Origin: Trueperaceae bacterium | GTDB lineage: Bacteria; Deinococcota; Deinococci; Deinococcales; Trueperaceae | Direction of reading: 5' to 3' | DNA length: 64,000 nt | Assembly: GCA_965213925.1 (NCBI GenBank) | Contig: OZ243927.1 | Location: forward strand, 3,072,001 to 3,136,000 | In this document: positions 30,920 to 39,538 of the stretch, piece by piece | How positions within the stretch are numbered: the stretch's first letter is position 1 | How the letters are laid out: each line of letters opens with the position of its first letter | Translations under genes and position numbers: made by a program | The notes under the pieces: model-generated | Seen by the model: the letters and a program-made list of their open reading frames with translations, nothing else | Database searches by the model: none | What the model was told of the DNA's origin: nothing

Positions 30920-30949
30920 TGAGAGGTAGGGCGCTAGCCTCACCTCTCA
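30920..30949. terminator. Hairpin downstream of gnd
   Basis: TGAGAGGT...ACCTCTCA stem without a clear U-tract. Confidence 0.4.
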
Positions 30950-31104
30950 GCGTTGACTTGCGGTCACGACAACTCTGTCCTAAGCCTGGCTACTGCGGCT
31001 CTCGGACAAGCGTCTCTTGTTTGAGGCACCCTTCTGCTCAAATTAAAAGGCGTGCAAATAGCACTACGCCTTCGGAGATTGCGTCACACACGTGAAGAAC
31101 TAGG

Positions 31105-31671
31105 CTACCCAGATTTACCCTGCGCCGCTTGCGCCACGGCCGCGCGGATGCGCTTCGCCCTCGTTTCCGCCCTCTTCGCGGTTTTGATTTGCAGAAGGAT
31201 TTGTTTCTTGACCGAGTCGGGGAACGCCTGGAAGGGTTCCCACGCTCCGCCCTCTTTAAGCGCCGCCATGAGGTCAGTCGGCACCTCTAAGCGCTCGACC
31301 GAATCCAGAAACGTCCACGACCCGTCCGCCTTAGCTCGCTCGATTTTCGCCCTACCCGCCGGGGTCATCTTGCCTTCGGCGAAAAGCTTCACCAAGCGCT
31401 CCTTGTTGACTTTCGACCAGACGCTGCCCACCTTGCGCGGCGTGAAGACCTGTTTGTAGCGCGCCTCGTCCACGCGGTTGACCTTGCTGTCTATCCAGCC
31501 GTAACAGAGCGCCTCCTCGACAGCTTCGTCCCAGGTGACGCTCGGCTCGCCGCTGCCCACCTTGTAGTAGACGAGCCACACGCCGGGGCTCGAGGCGTGA
31601 TTTTCGCGTAGCCAGGTCCGCCAGGCGGCTCCGTTACGGGCATAGACCTCTTCGAAATCAGCTAAGCTCAT
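31105..31671 (-). CDS. YdeI/OmpD-associated family protein
   Basis: WRTWL..NH, EALCYGWIDS, FTPR..S.WS..N and AKR.ETR.KR motifs. Confidence 0.88.
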   Translation of the reverse strand: MSLADFEEVYARNGAAWRTWLRENHASSPGVWLVYYKVGSGEPSVTWDEAVEEALCYGWIDSKVNRVDEARYKQVFTPRKVGSVWSKVNKERLVKLFAEGKMTPAGRAKIERAKADGSWTFLDSVERLEVPTDLMAALKEGGAWEPFQAFPDSVKKQILLQIKTAKRAETRAKRIRAAVAQAAQGKSG

Positions 31672-31809
31672 CCTTCGCTCCAGGGGTCGTTTGGTAGCCG
31701 AGTGTAACACGGCGCGGCTGGGACGTATCTCGCCGACCTAGATACCCGGCGCACAGACCAATTCACACGCGCGGGCGCATATTAAGCTGGACGCAGATAG
31801 GAGCCCTAC

Positions 31810-32964
31810 GTGACCCAACGCGCCCTCCTGAACGCTCTACTCATCGCTTTCACGCTCTCGGGTGTCGTTCAAGCGCAATCCTCCCATACGGACCGGGAGC
31901 CCGACACCTTCTCGTTCGCGCCCGCCTTTCGCGCAGAGGGTTTTGACGACTTCTCGGTCGGCTTCGCGCTGCGCGGCGTGACCTCAGAGGGGTCGCGCGT
32001 GACCTCGAGGCTCAGCGCCGGTCCCAACCCTGAAAATCAACTCGTGAGCGCGACCCTTTCGTACGAGCGGCCGCTCACCTTGGTGGGGGCTCCAGCGGCG
32101 CTGCGCGTGGGGGCCAGCTCAGACTTTACCCAGGGACACCCGCTTGCGTCCGGCGAAGGGCGCACCTACACGCAGCGGCTGACCGGGTTAAGCGTCGGGC
32201 TCGAGCAGTCCTTGAGCGTCTTCACCCTGGGTTTGGTGGGGCGAATCGTCGGCGCGGAGGCGTTTTTGGAAAACGCAGACGAGATGGCGGACGGGGTCGC
32301 TCTGTTGTCGGACGACTTCAGTGGGGTGTTTGGGGCGAGCTTTCGCTACAACAGCGAACTCGGTGGTGAACTCAGTGGCGAACGCGGCGACCCTCGCTCC
32401 GGCGGCGCGGCGGCGCTCACGCTAGGCTACGGTTTGGGTGAACGGTACGGACGGGGCGCAGACGAGCAGTTGTCTTGGGCGCAAGCGGACCTCGCTCTGC
32501 GCGGCTACGTCGGCGTTAGCGGGCGCGGCATCTCCCTCCAGGACGCCCCCCGCTTCGTGCTCGCCGCGCGGCTCAACGCGGGCGCGAACGTAGGTGACGC
32601 ACCCCTCTGGCGACGCCTCTCGCCCAGCTTGCGCGGTTACGACGACTTCGCCCTCGTCGGCGAGCGCACCTTCGACCTCTCCGCGGACGTGCGCTACCAC
32701 ACGGGGTTAAGCGCCCCTTTCGGTAGCGGGTTCGGGCTGTCCGCGCTCATTCCGTACCTCTTTACCGACGCGGGCGACGCGTGGGGCGGCGACGCGGCGC
32801 GCCGCTACCGCGCTCCCAAACTGGAGGGCGGCGTGCAACGCTCTTACGGGGCGGGGGCGCAGTTCGGGCTCGAGACCCCTTTCGCCGCCCTGCCGCTCAA
32901 CCTCTGGTACGCCAGAGGCGCGCAGGGCGGCGCACTCGGCTTCGAGGTCGGGTTTTTGTACTGA
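31810..32964 (+). CDS. Omp85/BamA-TamA-like outer-membrane beta-barrel lacking POTRA domains
   Basis: Signal peptide, amphipathic beta strands, LRGY loop motif, FTDAGDAW, SYGAG and aromatic C-terminus FEVGFLY. Confidence 0.65.
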   Translation: MTQRALLNALLIAFTLSGVVQAQSSHTDREPDTFSFAPAFRAEGFDDFSVGFALRGVTSEGSRVTSRLSAGPNPENQLVSATLSYERPLTLVGAPAALRVGASSDFTQGHPLASGEGRTYTQRLTGLSVGLEQSLSVFTLGLVGRIVGAEAFLENADEMADGVALLSDDFSGVFGASFRYNSELGGELSGERGDPRSGGAAALTLGYGLGERYGRGADEQLSWAQADLALRGYVGVSGRGISLQDAPRFVLAARLNAGANVGDAPLWRRLSPSLRGYDDFALVGERTFDLSADVRYHTGLSAPFGSGFGLSALIPYLFTDAGDAWGGDAARRYRAPKLEGGVQRSYGAGAQFGLETPFAALPLNLWYARGAQGGALGFEVGFLY

Positions 32965-32992
32965 GGTAGTGATTGTCAACATATAGATATAG

Positions 32993-33030
32993 TTGCAGGG
33001 TCTTTGACAAGTATGTCAAAGACCCTGCAA
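32993..33030. terminator. Perfect 17-bp-arm hairpin between convergent genes
   Basis: TTGCAGGGTCTTTGACA-AGTA-TGTCAAAGACCCTGCAA. Confidence 0.75.
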
Positions 33031-33064
33031 GGCTATATGTACCCAATTCCCTCACTACAGAATT

Positions 33065-36000
33065 CTACCCGCACTTGCTGTAGCCACAACTCTCGCACTT
33101 TCGGCAGCCTTCCTCAAAGCGCAAGGGCGCACCGCAGTCCGGGCAAGCGAGCCCCTTATTCAACTCGTTCTCAACGCCAGCGCTCTCTAATGCCACCGCG
33201 ATGAGGTCCGCTTTCGACGCCACCACGCGCCCTTGGTAGGTACCGTACATGCCGCCATTGATGCCGCGCAGCGTCTTCACAATCGCCTCGGCGGGCACGC
33301 CGTATTGGAGCGCGATCGAGGCGAGTCGTCCGAGCGCTTCGCTATCCGCCATAATCTCTTCGCCGCCCTTGCCCGACTGAATGAAGACTTCGGTAGGCAG
33401 ATCGTCTTGCTTGTTGATGGTGATGTAGAAGCTTCTGCGTTCACCCGAAGACATGGTGAGTTTGACGTTATCGGTAAAGCCGACTAAGCGGCAGGGACGG
33501 TCGAAGAGGGGTTCACCGGGGAGCCGCGCCTCGTTAGCGGCAGGAGCGGTGGGCTTTTGCGTGCGTAGACTTTGAGGTTTGGGCTGCGCCTTCTTTTCCT
33601 CTTTTTTCGTACTCAAGACTTGGAACTGCCGACTGCCGTCTCTATAGACTGTGATGCCTTTACAGCCCGTCTCAAACGCCAGGCTGTAGGCGTCGTAGAC
33701 CTCTTTCACAGACGCCTCATTCGGCATATTGATGGTTTTAGAGATGCTGTTCGCGACCATCTCGCCGCCCTCATCGAAGGTGCTCTGCACCGCGCCCTGC
33801 ATCTTGACGTGGTCTTCGGGCGAAATATCATGGGCGCACACCAGCACGTCCTTGACCTCTTGTGGGATGAAGTCCAGACCCTGTACACTGCCGTGCTGCT
33901 CTTGCACCTTGGCGACAACCTTGTCCCAGTCCCAAGCGCCACCCTGCTGATAGTTGGGATGCGGCGCGTGCGCCTCGAGCATCTCCCTAAAAAGGGGCGA
34001 AATGAGTGCGGCGTACGAGTCACCGATTTTGCGGTAGATAAAGGGTGCAAAAATCGGCTCGACGCCCGAGGAGACGCCCATGAGCATACTGGTTGTGCCC
34101 GTCGGCGCAACCGTCAACAGGGCGATGTTGCGGCGCGGCGCGTTCACGCTGCTCTGTTCAATCCCTGGAAAGACGCCGCGCTCCTCGGCGAGTTCTTTGC
34201 TCGCACTCGTCGCGTTCTCACGAAGCTCCGTAATCATCTCTTTTACTGCGTCTCGCCCCGCTTGCGAGTTGTAGGTGAGCCCCATCTTGATTAAAGCGTC
34301 CGCCAAGCCCATCACGCCGAGCCCCAAGCGGCGCAGCTTCATGCTCATGGTGCGGTTGTCCTCTAAAGCGAAGGTGTTGACCTCTAAGACGTTATCTAAA
34401 AAGCGGATGCAGGTTTTGACGTCTTGGCGGAAGCTGGTCCAGTCGAAGCCATTCGTACCTTGATTGGGCGTTTCGACGTACTGCGCTAAGTTGATAGCGC
34501 CTAAGTCGCAGGGTTCGCCGGGAAAGAGGGGGATTTCGCCACATTGGTGAGCGACGATACCGTTTGCGATAACCGAATGCGCGACGGGTTCGGTCGTATC
34601 GTAAACGCTCTCTACGCCCTCGAAGACGACACCAGTGACTTCCGTTTGGAACAGCTCTTGATTGGAAGGGCGTTTCTTAGAGGCGATGAACTCGAGCACC
34701 CGCCGTTGCTTGCTGTGCGTTAAAAAACCGATTTTCTCAGCGAACAGGTCACGGTTGACTTTGTCCAGCGTGAGTTCGTATTGATCCGCGTGCGCGTAAA
34801 GGTCCGACCCCCCTCTACCATTGGGCATCGGGCGTACACCAGCGGCGCGGCGGTGGTAGATGCGTGAGACAAGACCGAAGTTGGAGAGTAAAATCTGGAC
34901 ACCTTTGAGGAGCGCCTTAGATGAACTCGCGAGCCGGACGCTGCAACTCTTCTTGCCACAGCTAAGGTTGACCGTGCCGTCTGCGGTGAAAAGTCCTTGC
35001 AAAAAGCCTACAACGGCCTCACGTGGCGCAGCAAAGACGCTCTCTGGAATGCACTTATCCACCGCTTTTTCACCGCTTAGTCCTAACGCAGCCAGATAGC
35101 TAATTACCACCTTGCCGAACCTGATTTGTGAACAGTTGGCGTGATGCTGTGTACCGCCGCCAAACCAAGTTTTATACTGCTCAATATAACGCTCTAACTC
35201 TTGATAGTCGCTTGTGGAAAAGGTGATGCCCGCTTTGTCTTCACTCACAAAGCCGTCGCCCACCATAAAACCAAGAAATGTACCTAGCTCGCGACTCCAC
35301 CGTTGCGGCATACCGCTGAATTTTTCTCGAACATCCTTGCGTCCTGTACGTGATAGAACGCCACCACGGTTGTTGCTACCTGCCGTTGCTAAAAGTTCAG
35401 CGTGGACGGCGAGAGTCTCCTTGCTAAAAACGTATTGGTCGCTCCACATTCCCTCCGCACTCTGCATCAAGAGGGTGTCACCAGGAGCAAGCTCAGCCAG
35501 TTCTTTCCACCCAACCGGAGTCAAAAACTTGTGGTTCGCCGTAGCCCGCACTTCGAGCCCGTGCTTAGTGGTCACGCGGTAAACCTTTTCAGCCTCCGAG
35601 GTCTTAAACACTGGTACGGCAGCCCTTGGCGTAACGCCTAAGCTATCCGTTAGGACGCGGCGGTCTGAAGCTACAATGAGTTCCTCTTGGGTTTTGTAAA
35701 GCTCGCCTAAAGTGACTAGGCCGCGCCGCGTAGCAATGCGCACATCCGCAGGAAAGCACGGATTGGTCGCTTTAATATCCCCCAAACTCTCCCGCATCGG
35801 ATTAAATTCATTGATGCGGTCGATGAAGATAAGCCCCGGCTCGCCTGTTTGCCAAGCGTGCTCAGCGACGTCGTGAAGGGGACCGCTTTCGCGGTTTCTC
35901 GAGCGCTCCATAAAGTCGTCCGTGACCAAGACCGAAATATTAAAGGTCGAGATGTCGCCCTCAGCCTCTTCTCTCGCTAAGTCTTTACAGGTGATGAAGT

Positions 36001-36910
36001 CCTGGATGTCGGGGTGCGTGGCGGACATCGTCGCCATCCCAGCGCCACGCCGTGTCCCGCCTTGCCTTATTACCCTCAGCGTGGGCGCGTATACATAACG
36101 CAGCGTCGCAATCGGACCTGCGTACTCCGCTCCACCCAAAGACGCCCAGTACGCGAAGTTGTCAAAAACCTCGACTGCGAACGACGACGGACCGCTGCTC
36201 GTGCCACCCGAGCCCTTGACGGGCGTTCCTTCCGAGCGCAACCGTGAGAGGTCCAGCACAACATCTTCACCGCGCAAGAGAGCACGAATCATCTCCCCTG
36301 CCCCGTGCCAGATGCTCTCGACGGAGTCACCCACCTCTTGCACGTTGACGCCTTCCCCAACGTCCTCTAACTCTACGAAGCTCGAGTACCGGTACCCCTT
36401 CGTCACATACTTGCCGTGCACCAGGTCCATGTACGTGCCCGACTTGACCTTAGCGTAGTCGGGATGTGAAGAGGAGACCGTCACGAAGAGGTTGCCGACC
36501 TCTTGCGTGTAGGGGCGTTTAGGCTTTAGAGGGTCCAAGCAGAGCCCGTTACCGCCGCCGACTTTCGTCACGAGCGCCAATTTCGTCGCGAGACCGAGCA
36601 CCCAAGCGTCCGTGCCGGGTTCTTCAGGGCTGCCGTCTTGAACAAAACAGTTCAGCACGTTGCCGTGGCTTGTATTCGCGCCCGCTAAAACGCGCCCGCC
36701 GGGGCAGAAGCGCTTCGACGCCATGAGGTCGTAAAAGGCGCTCTCGTAGTGCGTCTGATTCCCACCTTCTTCGGGACTCGCCACCCACGCCGCCACGCGC
36801 CCGAAGAGACCCTCTAAGCCCTCGTCCCCCGGTTGGAAATACTGCCGCTTGGCGATGGTTACAGCGTGGTCGTCGAAATTCAGGGGGCGAGCGCGAGTAG
36901 GTCTATCCAT
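33065..36910 (-). CDS. nrdJ: Class II (B12-dependent) ribonucleotide reductase, intein-containing
   Basis: FCPGGRVL, NCFV, QGGTRRGA, GEPG.IF.D, TNP/CGE, APTGTTS, SISKTIN and KGITVYRDGSR motifs; C-terminal TSCPD plus zinc ribbon. GGAGG RBS before the ATG at 36910. Confidence 0.93.
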   Translation of the reverse strand: MDRPTRARPLNFDDHAVTIAKRQYFQPGDEGLEGLFGRVAAWVASPEEGGNQTHYESAFYDLMASKRFCPGGRVLAGANTSHGNVLNCFVQDGSPEEPGTDAWVLGLATKLALVTKVGGGNGLCLDPLKPKRPYTQEVGNLFVTVSSSHPDYAKVKSGTYMDLVHGKYVTKGYRYSSFVELEDVGEGVNVQEVGDSVESIWHGAGEMIRALLRGEDVVLDLSRLRSEGTPVKGSGGTSSGPSSFAVEVFDNFAYWASLGGAEYAGPIATLRYVYAPTLRVIRQGGTRRGAGMATMSATHPDIQDFITCKDLAREEAEGDISTFNISVLVTDDFMERSRNRESGPLHDVAEHAWQTGEPGLIFIDRINEFNPMRESLGDIKATNPCFPADVRIATRRGLVTLGELYKTQEELIVASDRRVLTDSLGVTPRAAVPVFKTSEAEKVYRVTTKHGLEVRATANHKFLTPVGWKELAELAPGDTLLMQSAEGMWSDQYVFSKETLAVHAELLATAGSNNRGGVLSRTGRKDVREKFSGMPQRWSRELGTFLGFMVGDGFVSEDKAGITFSTSDYQELERYIEQYKTWFGGGTQHHANCSQIRFGKVVISYLAALGLSGEKAVDKCIPESVFAAPREAVVGFLQGLFTADGTVNLSCGKKSCSVRLASSSKALLKGVQILLSNFGLVSRIYHRRAAGVRPMPNGRGGSDLYAHADQYELTLDKVNRDLFAEKIGFLTHSKQRRVLEFIASKKRPSNQELFQTEVTGVVFEGVESVYDTTEPVAHSVIANGIVAHQCGEIPLFPGEPCDLGAINLAQYVETPNQGTNGFDWTSFRQDVKTCIRFLDNVLEVNTFALEDNRTMSMKLRRLGLGVMGLADALIKMGLTYNSQAGRDAVKEMITELRENATSASKELAEERGVFPGIEQSSVNAPRRNIALLTVAPTGTTSMLMGVSSGVEPIFAPFIYRKIGDSYAALISPLFREMLEAHAPHPNYQQGGAWDWDKVVAKVQEQHGSVQGLDFIPQEVKDVLVCAHDISPEDHVKMQGAVQSTFDEGGEMVANSISKTINMPNEASVKEVYDAYSLAFETGCKGITVYRDGSRQFQVLSTKKEEKKAQPKPQSLRTQKPTAPAANEARLPGEPLFDRPCRLVGFTDNVKLTMSSGERRSFYITINKQDDLPTEVFIQSGKGGEEIMADSEALGRLASIALQYGVPAEAIVKTLRGINGGMYGTYQGRVVASKADLIAVALESAGVENELNKGLACPDCGAPLRFEEGCRKCESCGYSKCG
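34544..35758 (-). mobile_element. Intein (405 aa) with LAGLIDADG homing endonuclease and C-terminal His-Gln
   Basis: Starts CFPAD after ATNP; block B RATANH; LAGLIDADG motifs LGFMVGDG and LQGLFTADG; block F VYD; ends VAHQ followed by CGEIPL. Confidence 0.95.
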
Positions 36911-36946
36911 TAGGGTGTCCTCCAGGGATGAAAGGGGCGAACGCAC

Positions 36947-36993
36947 AAGCTACATCTAGTACGCCTATTTGTTAGTTACACATAATGTTGCAT
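36947..36993. promoter_or_regulatory. Tandem NrdR boxes in the nrdJ leader
   Basis: aagCTACATCTAGtac and acaCATAATGTTGcat cores 31 bp apart, resembling the CwAtATaTwG consensus and typical spacing. Confidence 0.7.
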
Positions 36994-37005
36994 TTACACA
37001 ACAAC

Positions 37006-37034
37006 ATCTTAAAGCGTTTGATGTGTGACGTCAA
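37006..37034 (-). promoter_or_regulatory. sigmaA-type nrdJ promoter
   Basis: Minus strand TTGACG-N17-TAAGAT. Confidence 0.75.
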
Positions 37035-37077
37035 GGGTTTGGTGCGAGAAGTTCATATGCGAATACGTTGACAGAAG

Positions 37078-37093
37078 GTACCACATGTAGCAC
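37078..37093. promoter_or_regulatory. Possible third NrdR box
   Basis: gtaCCACATGTAGcac. Confidence 0.45.
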
Positions 37094-37322
37094 TTCGCAA
37101 GCAAGAGGTACAACTGGCGGTACGCGCAACCTAGAATCTGCAGCGTCTACGACGAGAAGTTTGTTGTGGGATAGAGGACTATACCTCAAAGGTGCAGGCG
37201 GTGGAAAGGGTTCTAAAAGACATTTGGGAGGGGCTTAAAGAGCCAGAGGTGTGGCATAATTCACACAGATTCTAGGTTGTTGAGCTGTTGAATGCGGCAA
37301 GAAAATTCGAAAGGAGAGGTTG

Positions 37323-37856
37323 ATGAACCTCGAGTTTGAAGCTATGCTCTCGGGAGGGCACCCCAACTCGCTCGGGAGAACGGTGGAGGTCGTTGAAATC
37401 GTGCTCGCAAACCCGGAAAGGTTGGCAGAACTCTACCACTGCTACTTCAGCGCGGACGAGGTCGTGCGGCTCAGGACATCTAGCGCTGTAAAGCGCGTGT
37501 CGAAAGAGCGCCCGGCGTGGCTCGTTCCCTATCTCGACGGACTTCTTAGCGACATCGTGCGCTTGGAACAGGCCTCGGCGCAGTGGACGCTCGCCAACCT
37601 CTTTGAAACGCTCGCGCCCTACATGACATCCGAACAAAGAGAGAGGGCAAAAGAGGTCATGAAGAGCAATCTCGAGGTCTACAACGACTGGATCGTCTTG
37701 AAAAATACGGCGCAGACGCTCGGAAAGTGGGCGCAAGAGGACGAGGCGCTAAGGGCGTGGTTGGAGCCGCGTTTGCAGAGGTTGAGCGGGGATAGTCGTA
37801 AATCGGTCTCGAAGGCGGCGCAGAAGCAGCTTGCAGCACTTTCACAGAGCCGCTAA
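37323..37856 (+). CDS. Conserved hypothetical alpha-helical (HEAT-like) protein
   Basis: AAGGAGAGG RBS, N-terminal L.GGHPNSLGRT.EVV motif, helical-repeat character. Confidence 0.7.
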   Translation: MNLEFEAMLSGGHPNSLGRTVEVVEIVLANPERLAELYHCYFSADEVVRLRTSSAVKRVSKERPAWLVPYLDGLLSDIVRLEQASAQWTLANLFETLAPYMTSEQRERAKEVMKSNLEVYNDWIVLKNTAQTLGKWAQEDEALRAWLEPRLQRLSGDSRKSVSKAAQKQLAALSQSR

Positions 37857-37939
37857 GCAGAGTTGACGCAGGTACTAGAACGTGAATGTTTGCAGTGCTT
37901 TCCTAACTGAGCGCGTTCGTAATCAACTCGTACCTGCTA

Positions 37940-39454
37940 TCAATGCTTGAAGTGCCGCATCCCCGTAAAGACCATCGCCACATCCAGCTCGTCCGCCGCC
38001 GCGATGACCTCTTCGTCACGCACCGAGCCGCCCGGTTGAATGACCGCCGCCACGCCCGCGTCCGCCGCCATCCTCACCACGTCGTCGAAAGGAAAGAAAG
38101 CGTCGCTCGCCATCACGGAGCCCTTGACCGCTTCACCGGCTCTCGCGACTGCGCCCTCCGCCGCCCAAATCCTCGAGACCTGCCCCGCCCCGATGCCCGC
38201 CGTAACGCCCTCTTTCGCCAGCACAATGGCGTTCGATTTCACGTGCTTGCAGACCGTCCAAGCGAAGCGGAGGTCGCGCCACTGCGCGCCGGAAGGCTCA
38301 CGCTCCGTGACGACGCGCAGGTCGGCGTCATCCAACGTTCCCTCGTCCAAATCCTGCACCAAAAGCCCGCCGCGCAAACTGCGGATGTCGCGTCCCTTAG
38401 AGGTCGCAGGCGTCGTCACTTTGAGGAGCCGCAGGTTTTTCTTGCGCTGCAACCGCTCCAAAGCCGCAGCCTCGTAGTCAGGCGCGAGAATGATCTCCAG
38501 GAATGTTTTAGCGAGTTCGTCCGCTAGCGCCCCCGTCACGACCTCATTGACCGCCACGATGCCGCCGAAGATGCTCACGGGATCAGCGGCGTGCGCCCTT
38601 TTATACGCGCCCAAGAGGTCATCGGCTACCGCCACGCCGCAGGGGTTGGCGTGTTTGACGGCGACGGCGGCGGGTGCGGGCAGTTCGCTAAGCAGGTTCC
38701 AAGCGGCTTCCGCGTCGCCGTAGTTGTTGAAAGACATCTCTTTACCGTGCAGCACCTCCGCGCCCGTGACCGGACCCCGCTCGCTGCCGAGTCGCCAGAG
38801 GGCGGCGTGTTGGTGGGGGTTTTCGCCGTAGCGCAGTTCGCGCACCTTGTGGAGTTCTAAAGCGGTTTCGTCTGCCCAGTTACCGCCCACCTGGTTGCCT
38901 AAATATTGGATGATCGCCGCGTCATAAGCGGCGGTGTGGGCGAAGGCTTTGCGGGCTAGCTCGAGCCTCAATACATCATCCACACCCTCCTGGAGCGCAG
39001 CAGTCACCCGCTCGTAATCCGCCGGGTCACTCACAACTACTACGTACGGAAAGTTCTTCGCCGCCGCTCTCAGCATGGTCGGTCCGCCGATGTCGACGTT
39101 CTCCAGCGCCGTGTCTAGATCAACCTCTTGCGTCACCGTCTCGCGAAAAGGATAGAGATTGACGGCGACCAGATCGATTGGAAGGATGCCCTGCTCCTCT
39201 AGCTCCTGGGAATGCGCGGCGCTCCTTTTGGCGAGGATGCCGCCGTGGATTTTGGGGTGCAGTGTCTTGACCCGTCCCTCTAAAATTTCGGGCGAGCCCG
39301 TCACCTCAGAGACTTGTGTGACTGCTAAGCCAGCCGCCTGCAGAGCGCGAAAGGTGCCGCCCGTCGAGATGAGGTCGAAACCTGCGTCTAAGAGGTTTTG
39401 GGCAAAGGATTCCAACCCTGTTTTGTCCGATACGCTGAGGAGTGCTCTTGGCAT
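37940..39454 (-). CDS. purH: Bifunctional AICAR transformylase/IMP cyclohydrolase
   Basis: [41 protein letters not shown] and TGMRHFKH motifs. Confidence 0.97.
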   Translation of the reverse strand: MPRALLSVSDKTGLESFAQNLLDAGFDLISTGGTFRALQAAGLAVTQVSEVTGSPEILEGRVKTLHPKIHGGILAKRSAAHSQELEEQGILPIDLVAVNLYPFRETVTQEVDLDTALENVDIGGPTMLRAAAKNFPYVVVVSDPADYERVTAALQEGVDDVLRLELARKAFAHTAAYDAAIIQYLGNQVGGNWADETALELHKVRELRYGENPHQHAALWRLGSERGPVTGAEVLHGKEMSFNNYGDAEAAWNLLSELPAPAAVAVKHANPCGVAVADDLLGAYKRAHAADPVSIFGGIVAVNEVVTGALADELAKTFLEIILAPDYEAAALERLQRKKNLRLLKVTTPATSKGRDIRSLRGGLLVQDLDEGTLDDADLRVVTEREPSGAQWRDLRFAWTVCKHVKSNAIVLAKEGVTAGIGAGQVSRIWAAEGAVARAGEAVKGSVMASDAFFPFDDVVRMAADAGVAAVIQPGGSVRDEEVIAAADELDVAMVFTGMRHFKH

Positions 39455-39494
39455 AGGGGCAATGTAACCCATGTGGAGTTAAGCGGTGCAAAGG

Positions 39495-39521
39495 AAAACC
39501 CCTCGAGCTAGCTCGAGGGGT
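39495..39521 (-). terminator. Palindromic hairpin after the SurA/PpiD-like gene
   Basis: Perfect 24-bp palindrome ACCCCTCGAGCTAGCTCGAGGGGT plus a short T run on the minus strand. Confidence 0.55.
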
Positions 39522-39538
39522 AGCCTTCGCTGAGGATG

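Noticed and set aside
36911..37270. Cobalamin riboswitch upstream of nrdJ
   Set aside because: No B12-box elements, and the predicted leader is only about 90 nt and occupied by NrdR boxes.
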